Positions 1 through 8,206 of a DNA stretch of 20,000 nucleotides are shown here, piece by piece. Below the pieces are notes generated by a model that was not told where the DNA came from, did not search any database, and saw only the letters and a program-made list of their open reading frames with translations. The stretch's first letter is position 1; each line of letters opens with the position of its first letter. A program made the position numbers and the translations under genes. The stretch comes from an uncultured virus (IMG/VR IMGVR_UViG_3300006213_002470) (taxonomy: Duplodnaviria; Heunggongvirae; Uroviricota; Caudoviricetes). The stretch is taken from IMG/VR virus record IMGVR_UViG_3300006213_002470; one strand, written 5' to 3'.

Positions 1-1
1 T

Positions 2-532
2 ACCTGAAAGCATATTTCCTGATACCACGTCATTGTAAAAAAGTTTTCCATGCAGGCGGATTATTTCTTCACCTTCCTGTCCCTGATGCGAATAATAATT
101 ATCCAGACCTTTGCATAGCTGCCGCCTTTCTTCATAAAGCAGATCTATATCCGCATAGAACCTCAGATATAATGCGATATGCGAATTACTAACCATTTCA
201 TCCTGCAAAACATCATACAGCTTTTCTATTGAATATTTTAATACTTCTTTCCCATCCATCTGCTTTAAAAGAAAGCTGATTCTCCATGCAGGAATCCCCC
301 TTTGAAACAGCTGCAAAATATTTTTCCGCAATTCTGCACTATTTATCAGAAGCGCCTGCTGGATACCGGGCAACTCTTTGTAAGCTGCTGACACCCCCAT
401 ATCAATGATATCCCTGCAGCCCGCTATCAGGTTTTCTTCACTGCACTTTTTTGTCAATGATGCATCAAATCCTGCATTTACAATTAAATGGCAGCATTCT
501 CTGCGCTGCTTAATCTTCTGAATTTCCATCAT
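2..532 (-). CDS. Hypothetical protein, N-terminal part only (runs off the window edge)
   Basis: Not in the ORF track. Manual translation gives MMEIQKIKQRRECCHLIVNAGFDASLTKKCSEENLIAGCRDIIDMG..., open to position 2. GGAGG lies 6 nt upstream of the ATG at 532, and the start overlaps the end of the 716-aa gene. Confidence 0.8.
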   Translation of the reverse strand, partial: MMEIQKIKQRRECCHLIVNAGFDASLTKKCSEENLIAGCRDIIDMGVSAAYKELPGIQQALLINSAELRKNILQLFQRGIPAWRISFLLKQMDGKEVLKYSIEKLYDVLQDEMVSNSHIALYLRFYADIDLLYEERRQLCKGLDNYYSHQGQEGEEIIRLHGKLFYNDVVSGNMLSG

Positions 533-2660
533 GCACTACCTCCATTTTACTTATTATCTCCTGCACTTCACACCAAGCAAGCCTGTTAAAGCGGAATTCA
601 TCAACAATACACTCCGCAATTGTACCTGCCGCCTTTTTTCCGATTTTGGCACATATTTTCATGTTATCCCTAAATAGGTTCAGGCACACAGAAAACTTAT
701 CATCGCTCCACCGTAATTTCGAGAAACGCTTGGAAAGCATATCGTAAACCTCATAGCAATCTTTGGCAGTTGAAATCTCCTGTTCCATTTCTTCCCGACA
801 TCTGCACAGAGATTCCTGCTTCTCCTTCCGCTTCTTCTCTTCATCACGCCGCTTTTCTTCATTCCGATATGCCTCCCATTCTTCATCCGTATAATACTGC
901 CTGCATAACCGCTGCTTTTGAGATCCATCATCCATAGTATCCCGGATCACCCAAAACAGCTCTTTACTCTGCTCCGGGAACAATCGTTTCGCCAAATCGT
1001 CCGTTAAAAATGAATAGAGAAAATCCTCGTATTGCGATGGACGTTCTCTGTATAATGCCTGTTCTACCCATACGAAAAGTTTCCGCTGTTCATCAAGTGA
1101 CAGTATCCCCTCTTTAAAATCCAGCCGTTGAATACAGTGCCCCCTGTAATAGCCGGAGGTTTCGATTATCACGTCATCAAGTATGATCTTATCCCTACCC
1201 ATGAAATTCCCAAGTTTGCATATCCCGTACTCTTTGTCAAAGGCTTCCCAAAAGCGGAATATTTCATGATGGTCCAGCTTCTTCATGGTATTCATGATAT
1301 TCGCTTTCATAATCTTCCACTTTTCGCTCATCTCTTCCTCTGACAAAATCCTTTCATCCTCAACATACTGTTGAAAAAGCTCTACAACATCACACTTTTT
1401 CTCTGTAATGAGCCGCTTAAACGTCTGTTTTACCTCATCCGTATCTTTTATCCAGACAAAATCCATATAGCTTCTGCCTGTGCTTTTCTGAAAATTCAGT
1501 AGCCATAGTTCAATATCCGAACTTAGATGAAAATAAAGACTTCTTGCAAATATGCACTCAAATTCATCCGGATTCATCCATGTTGCAATGTCACACCAGT
1601 TTTCATCGCCAAAATTTACATAAAACCATTCTTCAGGAATATGCATCTCTTCCCTGCCTTGGTACAAATATTTGTATATATCATGATTCTTAATGAAAAC
1701 TTTCCGTGAAAGGCTTTCTAAAATACCCTTTTTTCCCTCAAGGCATATTTCGTACTTCATATATCTTATTATCAATGCCTTACAGAGTGCCATCAGATGC
1801 ATCTCTTCCAAATGTTCTGAATTAAAAAGCATTTGTAATCCGGCGAGCGCCATTCTTTCCATTGTAATAGAATTTAGTTCCAGCACATCCGGCAGTTTTG
1901 CATTTTCCGGCAACGACAAATTCAGATAGAGAATCTCCTGTTCAGTATATCCCATCTCCAAAAACCTGTTCCACGATGTACTTCCTTCCTTTACATACTT
2001 ACAAGGCAGCTCTAAAAGGCTTTTTAAAAGGTTTGCATCCTGTTTTCTGTATTTCCGAATGTCATAATAAAACTGTTCCAGAAACCATTCATAAAGCCTT
2101 TCATTTCCATACGCCTTTATCGTTCTATCCTTTCCGAAAAACCGCACTGCCTGCTCTCTCGCAAACTCCCACGCGTCCGGTTCATCCCGCAATGTGTATA
2201 TTGCAAAGATTGCCTCTGCCGTTTCCTGGAAAGAATACCGACATATCCTTGAACGCAGCTTTTCTTTTTCTCCCTCTTTATCCGAAAAAAGAAACAGGGC
2301 ACAGCTTAGATAAAAATCCCCTTCTGCGCGCAGCCTTACTTTTCGCAGAAACTGCTCCAACTGCCTTCCAACGAACATGGAACCTTCCAGGAAGTTTTTT
2401 CCTTCAGCCAGAGCCAACATAATTGCCCGCATCTGACGTTCACCGCCACCACATCTTTCCTCATACCGCTCCAATACTTCTCCCGGATAATTCAGCCCAT
2501 ACTGTTCTTCCATAGGGCTTACAGGAACATCCTGTCCGAACAAACTGTTCCTTTGTCTCTCCGTAAACTGCTTATCCTCACTCGACAGTGTAAAAAGCAG
2601 ATGTTTCATCTGTTGCAACAGTGAAATGTCCACATATTGTTCTAATGATGCCAATTGCAT
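510..2660 (-). CDS. Large hypothetical protein (716 aa), apparently helical, with an E/K/R-rich coiled-coil near the C-terminus
   Basis: Long ORF with AAGGAGG RBS at about 2668-2674. No catalytic motif recognised. Confidence 0.85.
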   Translation of the reverse strand: MQLASLEQYVDISLLQQMKHLLFTLSSEDKQFTERQRNSLFGQDVPVSPMEEQYGLNYPGEVLERYEERCGGGERQMRAIMLALAEGKNFLEGSMFVGRQLEQFLRKVRLRAEGDFYLSCALFLFSDKEGEKEKLRSRICRYSFQETAEAIFAIYTLRDEPDAWEFAREQAVRFFGKDRTIKAYGNERLYEWFLEQFYYDIRKYRKQDANLLKSLLELPCKYVKEGSTSWNRFLEMGYTEQEILYLNLSLPENAKLPDVLELNSITMERMALAGLQMLFNSEHLEEMHLMALCKALIIRYMKYEICLEGKKGILESLSRKVFIKNHDIYKYLYQGREEMHIPEEWFYVNFGDENWCDIATWMNPDEFECIFARSLYFHLSSDIELWLLNFQKSTGRSYMDFVWIKDTDEVKQTFKRLITEKKCDVVELFQQYVEDERILSEEEMSEKWKIMKANIMNTMKKLDHHEIFRFWEAFDKEYGICKLGNFMGRDKIILDDVIIETSGYYRGHCIQRLDFKEGILSLDEQRKLFVWVEQALYRERPSQYEDFLYSFLTDDLAKRLFPEQSKELFWVIRDTMDDGSQKQRLCRQYYTDEEWEAYRNEEKRRDEEKKRKEKQESLCRCREEMEQEISTAKDCYEVYDMLSKRFSKLRWSDDKFSVCLNLFRDNMKICAKIGKKAAGTIAECIVDEFRFNRLAWCEVQEIISKMEVVHDGNSED

Positions 2661-2679
2661 ACAATAACCTCCTTTTGTT

Positions 2680-2703
2680 AAAAGGGCGCCTTAAGACACC
2701 CTT
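2680..2703 (-). terminator. Terminator-like hairpin inside the left operon
   Basis: AAGGGTGTC-TTAA-GGCGCCCTT with only a short U tract, directly before the RBS of the 716-aa gene. Confidence 0.5.
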
Positions 2704-2722
2704 ACCACTCCATTTTTAATTT

Positions 2723-3328
2723 TCAATCCGGAAACAAACCAAACATTTCCTCAAAACAGTTCTTACATATACACTGGCCACGCGCCAGCAGTCCTCTTTC
2801 CCCATTGCTTAATTCCGGAAAAATATCCTGTATCAGATACGGCGCACCCTTTTGATATTCTCGGTACATCGCAGCCGCTTCCCTGCTTACAATCAGCGGA
2901 AACTCTTTATTGCAAATTTCACAGCTGCGTATAAGAAATTCCTGCTCTTCGCCCAGCTCATCCTGCCATTTCAGGTATTGCGTATAAAACTCGTTTGTAT
3001 ATCCCAGCAGCATGTTTTCATCAAACATAAACTCAGGATAAATTGCATAACCCGAATGAACCTTACGCCCAGTTGCTTTCCCCAGGCCATTCCTTTCCAG
3101 CCACTTTATGATATCCTCTCCACAATTATTGACATCAATATATGCACAGTTTTTTTGCTGTGGAACGTCAAGACAACAGGTAATTACAAGCAAATCTTCA
3201 TCATCAATACCGCTTCCCGCCTTATACATGCACATCCCCAGACTCCTGTTAAATAAGTAATAAATAGGATATAATTGCACATGCCTTATCTGTCCGCCAA
3301 TTCGATACATCAGTTTCTTTTCCTTCAT
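2723..3328 (-). CDS. DUF4313-like protein with a C-terminal Cys-rich putative Zn-binding region
   Basis: AYIDVNN...IIKWLERNGLGKATGR...SGY.IYPEF.F resembles DUF4313 of Firmicutes mobile elements. C-terminal CEIC...CICKNC. Confidence 0.65.
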   Translation of the reverse strand: MKEKKLMYRIGGQIRHVQLYPIYYLFNRSLGMCMYKAGSGIDDEDLLVITCCLDVPQQKNCAYIDVNNCGEDIIKWLERNGLGKATGRKVHSGYAIYPEFMFDENMLLGYTNEFYTQYLKWQDELGEEQEFLIRSCEICNKEFPLIVSREAAAMYREYQKGAPYLIQDIFPELSNGERGLLARGQCICKNCFEEMFGLFPD

Positions 3329-3331
3329 AAA

Positions 3332-3664
3332 TTAAGTTCCCTCCTTTTTGCAAACATAGCCATCAAAAATTTCTACTGTGTTATTTGGTAATCCGGCATT
3401 CACTTTGGGACCTGCCACCAAAAGAACACTGATTACACTACTTCTTTCAAGGCTGGCATCCTTTACCTGATAAGCGGCTATGATATTTTCCTGCACATTG
3501 GCAGCTACATTGACCTTTGTGCAGTCAAATATATCCTCCTGCTTAACCTCATATCCCGCCGCCAACGCCACTGTTTCATAAAATGGCGTCAGTATCTGTT
3601 TCATCTGTTCATCAGACAAACAGACTAATTTAGATTTTTCTTCACAACTGTTTTTTCCTTTCAT
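3332..3664 (-). CDS. Hypothetical protein (110 aa)
   Basis: AGGAGG RBS upstream, 3 bp gap to the next gene, first gene of the left operon. Confidence 0.8.
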   Translation of the reverse strand: MKGKNSCEEKSKLVCLSDEQMKQILTPFYETVALAAGYEVKQEDIFDCTKVNVAANVQENIIAAYQVKDASLERSSVISVLLVAGPKVNAGLPNNTVEIFDGYVCKKEGT

Positions 3665-3690
3665 ACGTATTTCCTCCTAGTTTTAAAATT

Positions 3691-3766
3691 GAGCAGGGAA
3701 GGTTGCTCCCCTACTGGCCGCGCGACCCGTGCGCCACTTTAGCGGCATATTTCCTCTGCACGGATC
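3691..3766 (-). other. GC-rich structured non-coding segment (bulged stem-loop plus second hairpin) in the 5' leader
   Basis: GATCCGTGC/GCACGGGTC stem enclosing an AGAGGAAATAT bulge and a GCCGC-TAAA-GTGGC hairpin, followed by an AGTAGGGGA/TTCCCTGCT hairpin. Confidence 0.45.
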
Positions 3767-3773
3767 TGTACAT

Positions 3774-3815
3774 AAAAAATGGCAGAAAACGCACACTTAT
3801 CCTGTGCTTTCTGCC
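3774..3815 (-). terminator. Second leader intrinsic terminator of the left operon
   Basis: GGCAGAAAGCACA-loop-TGTGCGTTTTCTGCC followed by ATTTTTT. Confidence 0.7.
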
Positions 3816-3872
3816 GTAAGTACTTATAACATATTTAGTTATATTCTGTAATTCTGTTCCTCCTTTTCCCAT

Positions 3873-3899
3873 AAAAAAACATCCGGCACAGCCAGATGT
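3873..3899 (-). terminator. First leader intrinsic terminator of the left operon
   Basis: ACATCTGGC-TGT-GCCGGATGT followed by TTTTTT. Confidence 0.75.
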
Positions 3900-3920
3900 C
3901 ATCTACGTTATATCTATCAT

Positions 3921-3939
3921 GAACCCATTACTGGGAATT
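3921..3939 (-). promoter_or_regulatory. Conserved leader GNRA hairpin, copy 1 (candidate antitermination site)
   Basis: AATT-CCCA-GTAA-TGGG-TTC between the promoter (4000-4027) and the terminator (3873-3899). Matches copies at 15547-15565 and 18808-18826. Confidence 0.6.
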
Positions 3940-3999
3940 GCTTTTACAGGTATTCAGCATAAGCCATTTACCATAAAAATAAAAAAATTTATAATAGAT

Positions 4000-4027
4000 A
4001 TTATAATACTCTTTCCGATTTTGTCAA
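4000..4027 (-). promoter_or_regulatory. Sigma-A/70 promoter of the left operon
   Basis: TTGACA-N16-TATAAT on the minus strand, with perfect consensus hexamers. Confidence 0.75.
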
Positions 4028-4062
4028 TAATTGTCAAATTTCCAATCCGTCCCCTGCGCCCC

Positions 4063-4091
4063 TTGACTTTAACATTTATTTCTCTTAAAAT
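4063..4091 (+). promoter_or_regulatory. Sigma-A/70 promoter of the alpha-CTD-like gene, divergent from 4000-4027
   Basis: TTGACT-N17-TAAAAT. Confidence 0.7.
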
Positions 4092-4146
4092 TAGAATACT
4101 TCCATCCTTTGCCACGCAACCTATAAAAATTGAGGATATAATATTT

Positions 4147-4533
4147 ATGAACATGATTGCAATTCAAAATAATCCAATTTCCAAAAATACAAAGAAATTC
4201 TTAAAAAATATCGGCATTACGGATATCTCAGCAGTTGACACGATTTCCTTTTCTTCTTTGGAACAGAACCTCCTGCCTTACGATCTTGAAAAAATAGTAT
4301 ATGAGTTAATGCCTCTCGGATGCCTGCGCCACCCTGATGGCGAGATTTTCATTTTTGACATTCCAATGACCAAAAGATTACTGCATATCCTGGCGAATTA
4401 TGATGTATATTACTTATCAAGGCTGGCAAAGTACAGTCTTAGAGAAATTATGCAGTTCCGCAACCTCGGAGCCAATACCTTCCATGAATTGGAAAAAGTA
4501 TGCAAGGAATACGAAACCCCACTACCCGACTGA
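4147..4533 (+). CDS. Stand-alone RNA polymerase alpha-subunit CTD-like protein (about 128 aa), putative regulator
   Basis: C-terminal IPMTKRLLHILANYDVYYLSRLAKYSLREIMQFRNLGANTFHELEKVC follows the alpha-CTD pattern (LSVR..N.L....I....DL...S..EL...RNLG.KS..EI). Start re-assigned from 3919 to 4147 using the GAGG RBS and upstream promoter. Confidence 0.75.
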   Translation: MNMIAIQNNPISKNTKKFLKNIGITDISAVDTISFSSLEQNLLPYDLEKIVYELMPLGCLRHPDGEIFIFDIPMTKRLLHILANYDVYYLSRLAKYSLREIMQFRNLGANTFHELEKVCKEYETPLPD

Positions 4534-4544
4534 TATTTTGCAAT

Positions 4545-4590
4545 AAAAAAAGAGTTCTACACTTCTCATAGTACGAAATGCAGAACTCTT
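4545..4590 (-). terminator. Intrinsic terminator ending the large operon, between convergent genes
   Basis: AAGAGTTCTGCA...TGTAGAACTCTT followed by TTTTT on the minus strand. Confidence 0.7.
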
Positions 4591-4604
4591 ATCATAAAAT
4601 AATT

Positions 4605-5498
4605 TTATTGCTTTTTTAATTGACATAACTGCGATAAACACAAGCGGAAAGCAAAATCCTGGGCATACCGTCCGCTTTTTATTCCATTCACTGCCTTTTG
4701 AATAATGTCAATCCCCTCGTCAGCCTGATCCAGCGTCATCTTGGGAATATATGTCCTCTGATGAACACCTACTTCCTGTAAGGAACAGCCGCACACATTA
4801 ACCTTATACAGAATACGATAGCTCCTTAAAAGGAGAGAAAGCGTACCTATCACGTTCTGTCCGCCATTCTGGATTATCAAGTCCGCCTGATGAAATAAAT
4901 CTGTAGTCCTGCCTTTGTCTATCAGGCATATCAGCTTGAAAACATCCTCCCGTTCATTTACCTGCACCAGCCGCTGCACTAGTTCCGTCGTTATTTCATC
5001 CTGTGTTGTACACAGTCGGTTCAGCGCTGATTTTACATGATATAAGTTTACATCCTCCATTTCATAATTAATGCGCATAAGGAATTCCTCGTATGCTCCT
5101 TTGGTAATTTTGCAATTCTGCCTTTTTATGTATCCTAAAATCCATTTTTGCAGCATACCCATATCCTTATCCAGCTGCTTTACGCTTTCTTTAGGGAATT
5201 TCTTATACAGTGAAAGCCTTTTGTCTATCTCTCCGGCAAATATATATATATCTGTCTTGGGCGCCGGCTCTTTCAGGTATTTTTCCAAAAACTCATTTGC
5301 CGCCAGTTTTTCCATAGACACAATCAGAACCCTGCGGTTTCCCATAAACGGCATCTGCTTTGCAAAATCTCTCTCCGTCTGCGTGAACTGCTCCGTTTCC
5401 ATGAGATTGAATTCAGGCATCACAATCCCCTTGACTGCCTCTGCCCTATATGCATGGAGCAGATAAGGCTCATTTCCAAAAATCAATTCATTTTTCAT
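4605..5498 (-). CDS. holA: DNA polymerase III delta subunit (HolA)-like clamp-loader protein, divergent element-borne copy
   Basis: N-terminal LIFGNEPYLL, QMPFMGNRRVLIV, LQKWI...ITxGAYE, EDVFKLIxxI and IKSG, with length about 300 aa. These are typical HolA features. Confidence 0.75.
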   Translation of the reverse strand: MKNELIFGNEPYLLHAYRAEAVKGIVMPEFNLMETEQFTQTERDFAKQMPFMGNRRVLIVSMEKLAANEFLEKYLKEPAPKTDIYIFAGEIDKRLSLYKKFPKESVKQLDKDMGMLQKWILGYIKRQNCKITKGAYEEFLMRINYEMEDVNLYHVKSALNRLCTTQDEITTELVQRLVQVNEREDVFKLICLIDKGRTTDLFHQADLIIQNGGQNVIGTLSLLLRSYRILYKVNVCGCSLQEVGVHQRTYIPKMTLDQADEGIDIIQKAVNGIKSGRYAQDFAFRLCLSQLCQLKKQ

Positions 5499-8157
5499 AC
5501 CGCGCTCTCCTATTTACAGAAATATATTTCTCAATATCCTTAAGGAAATTGCTTTTCCCCGGATAGTCCTCCAGAATAAACAATACCCTTTTCGCCCTGG
5601 TTACTGCCACATATAAAAGCCTGCGATCCTCTTCCACATCGCCGCATTCAAAATTGTCTACCCCATAGATAATAACCGCAGGAAACTCTTTTCCTTTCGC
5701 GTCATGGGCAGTTAACATGCGGACCTGGGAACGCTCTCCCGTGCTGTAATAAATTCTCGTGTCGTCTTCAAAGACCTTCATTGCTGACATAATCTCATAG
5801 AGCTGTTTGTAATGCTTAATCTTCTTCTCATACATTATGTCCTCTATCTTCTCAAGCACCTCCTTCGTGCAGACTCCCGTTGGAAAGAAAAACAATCCCA
5901 ATTCCGACAACGCCTGCTTTAATGGCTTTTTCAACACCTGCATGGCACGATAAATAGAACCATATGCTTTTTTCAGCGGTTCCAACGGTTCCAGAAAATA
6001 TCTGCTGGATTCTTCCCCATAGAAATCATATATCAATCCCTCATTTACATGGTCCTCATAGATACTGAGCTTCCTGTCTGCCTTTTCCACTGTACAGCCC
6101 ATGATACTTAAAAGCCGGAACAATGCCTTATCCTGATGCATCCCCTTGACCGCAAGCTCCAACAAGTCCAAAAGCATCTGAAAAACGCAGTCTTCACGCA
6201 GGTAGAACTTCGGCCGTTCAAGCGGCACCGCTACACCGGTCAGGACTGCATCTTTATCTACAATCTTACACAGGTTATTCAGCTCCTTATTTGTCCGGGC
6301 AATTACTGCAATATCCGAATACGCATATCCTTTTCCATGTATTTCCTTAATCAGCGCCCCAAACCTGCAATCATTAAAATTGGGTATGTGTATAGCCTGT
6401 ATTCCCGTGGAAAAAGACGCTGCCAGCTGCATTGGCACCCGCTCCCGATTCTTTTCTATCAGACCTGACGCCATTGTTACAATTTCTTCTGAAGAGCGGT
6501 AATTCCTGGAAAGCAGAATATCTTTCGTTTCAGGAAATATGTCTGGGAAATCCAGCATAAATCGGTTGCTTCCGCCCCGAAAGGCATATATCGACTGATC
6601 CGCATCACCACAAATCATCAGATTATTTTCCGGTTCCTTCACCAGCAGCCTGACAAACTCCGCCTGGGCATCATCGAGATCCTGCACTTCGTCCACCATG
6701 ATATAGTCATACTGATTCTGCACCGTTTCCAAAATACCCTGATTGTTTTTCAACAGTTCTACCGCCATACCAACCTGATCGTCAAAGGTAATGTATCCCA
6801 TTTCTTTAAAGGCTGCATCATACAGCTTCTTGACTCCTATGATTCCTTCCACGTCTTTTTTGCTATATGCGTTAGAAAATGCCTCTATCCCATGCTTGTT
6901 AATAAATTCAAAATCTTTCAACAGCGTTGCTATCAGACCGTAGCGCATGGTAAGCCCCTCATAGCTGACCCCGGAAATCAAGGGCGCATGGTTAAGGACT
7001 TTCATCAACAGGTTCTTACAGTCCACAAGCCCTGCAAGACGTACCGGACCTGTCAGGAACTCATTCTGGGTGAGAATCCCAAATGCCAGCGCATGGAGTG
7101 TATAAATATTGACGCCCTGCCCCACCTGCACTCTCTCCTGCATTTCCTGCGCCGCTTTCTTGGTAAAGGTAATCGCAAGGATCTTTTCTGCCGGAACTCC
7201 TGACTCCGCCAGCTTTCGTATCCGTTCTACCAGGACAGCCGTTTTACCACTGCCGGGACCTGCGCACACACGAAGGGGACCCTTTACATGGTTTATTACA
7301 TTTTCCTGTTCTTTGGAAAAAGAAATCTCCTTTTTCTTTGTATGTGCTTCTTCCGCCTGCTTTAAAAGAACAATATTCGGCGGTTTGCAAATATTTTCAA
7401 AAAAGCAACCGTCACAGGAACACTCCTCTGCCTGTCCGATAATATGCTGTATATGCTCCCATACCCCTTCCGGATGCCGCTCAATATACTCCCCGCTTGA
7501 AATCTGAATGATATTATCACCTTTCTTTTCCTCGAACCTTGCAAGCCGGTCCGGTTTGTCAGCGGAAGATGCAAGCCTTACCATCATTACCCTGATCTCC
7601 TTTTGGGGATACTTTTTACTAAGCCCTTCCATCAGAACCAGCATTTCCAGACTGTTCTCCACTTTATGCTGCAGCTTCCTCGCCCTATATGAATACGGCT
7701 TACAAAAGTTCCTGCATAAAATGACGCCAACAATACTTCCATCAGACTGTTCAAACAGCAGGTCTGCCGTTCCTGAAATGCCAGTTACGTCTATTTCACC
7801 GTGGCACAGCGGCATCTCCAAAGATACCATTGTATTTACTGATATTCTTGCCAACGATGGGATTGGGAAATTCTTTAAGAACCGGTCAAACAGCGCAATT
7901 TCATGTGCAATCACCCTTTTACGCTGCCAGCAGAGGGCGAACCAGTCTTCCTGATACGCCTCCTCCATATACATCTGCAGCTCTTCTATGATGGTATCTC
8001 TTTCCTTTCCCATGGCAATTCCCGCAGACATCCTCCTGATTGCCTCACTAAAACATAGATTCCTTGCATTATGGTCTTTCAGTGAAAGTTTTTGCAGTTT
8101 ATATTTTCTGCCGCATTCCAATCCTGCAATCAAATCCTTACTCCTTATATGTTCCAC
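5488..8157 (-). CDS. UvrD/PcrA-family SF1A helicase with an N-terminal AddB/Cas4-like Fe-S PD-(D/E)XK-like domain
   Basis: Helicase motifs: SKEQ, AGPGSGKT, ITFTKKAA, VDEVQD, GDADQSIYAFRG, NYRS, TAHDAKGKEF, EEDRRLLYVAVTRAK. The N-terminus has C15, GTADLL and C248-x2-C251-x5-C257. GTG start with AAGGAGG RBS. Confidence 0.9.
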   Translation of the reverse strand: MEHIRSKDLIAGLECGRKYKLQKLSLKDHNARNLCFSEAIRRMSAGIAMGKERDTIIEELQMYMEEAYQEDWFALCWQRKRVIAHEIALFDRFLKNFPIPSLARISVNTMVSLEMPLCHGEIDVTGISGTADLLFEQSDGSIVGVILCRNFCKPYSYRARKLQHKVENSLEMLVLMEGLSKKYPQKEIRVMMVRLASSADKPDRLARFEEKKGDNIIQISSGEYIERHPEGVWEHIQHIIGQAEECSCDGCFFENICKPPNIVLLKQAEEAHTKKKEISFSKEQENVINHVKGPLRVCAGPGSGKTAVLVERIRKLAESGVPAEKILAITFTKKAAQEMQERVQVGQGVNIYTLHALAFGILTQNEFLTGPVRLAGLVDCKNLLMKVLNHAPLISGVSYEGLTMRYGLIATLLKDFEFINKHGIEAFSNAYSKKDVEGIIGVKKLYDAAFKEMGYITFDDQVGMAVELLKNNQGILETVQNQYDYIMVDEVQDLDDAQAEFVRLLVKEPENNLMICGDADQSIYAFRGGSNRFMLDFPDIFPETKDILLSRNYRSSEEIVTMASGLIEKNRERVPMQLAASFSTGIQAIHIPNFNDCRFGALIKEIHGKGYAYSDIAVIARTNKELNNLCKIVDKDAVLTGVAVPLERPKFYLREDCVFQMLLDLLELAVKGMHQDKALFRLLSIMGCTVEKADRKLSIYEDHVNEGLIYDFYGEESSRYFLEPLEPLKKAYGSIYRAMQVLKKPLKQALSELGLFFFPTGVCTKEVLEKIEDIMYEKKIKHYKQLYEIMSAMKVFEDDTRIYYSTGERSQVRMLTAHDAKGKEFPAVIIYGVDNFECGDVEEDRRLLYVAVTRAKRVLFILEDYPGKSNFLKDIEKYISVNRRARYEK

Positions 8158-8171
8158 TTTTTCCTCCTTAT

Positions 8172-8200
8172 AAAAAAACGGGGCAGCTTTCCGCCGCCCC
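8172..8200 (-). terminator. Strong intrinsic terminator internal to the operon, just before the helicase RBS
   Basis: GGGGCGGC-GGAAA-GCTGCCCC followed by GTTTTTTT. Confidence 0.8.
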
Positions 8201-8206
8201 TAAAAT

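Noticed and set aside
3691..3766. Known self-cleaving ribozyme or metabolite riboswitch
   Set aside because: I did not recognise hammerhead, twister, pistol, HDV-like or c-di-GMP core motifs on either strand. Kept only as an unknown structure.
3711..3902. 63-aa ORF in the left leader, and an orphan AGGAGG at about 3859-3865
   Set aside because: The ORF has no RBS and runs through two terminators. The orphan RBS is followed only by ATT and a 5-codon frame, so a leader peptide cannot be supported.
3919..4146. N-terminal extension of the alpha-CTD ORF in the track
   Set aside because: It spans two divergent promoters and AT-rich non-coding DNA. The RBS supports a start at 4147.
7387..8157. Cas4 / CRISPR-Cas locus
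   Set aside because: The Cas4-like Cys pattern is fused to a helicase. I saw no repeat-spacer array or other cas genes in the window.
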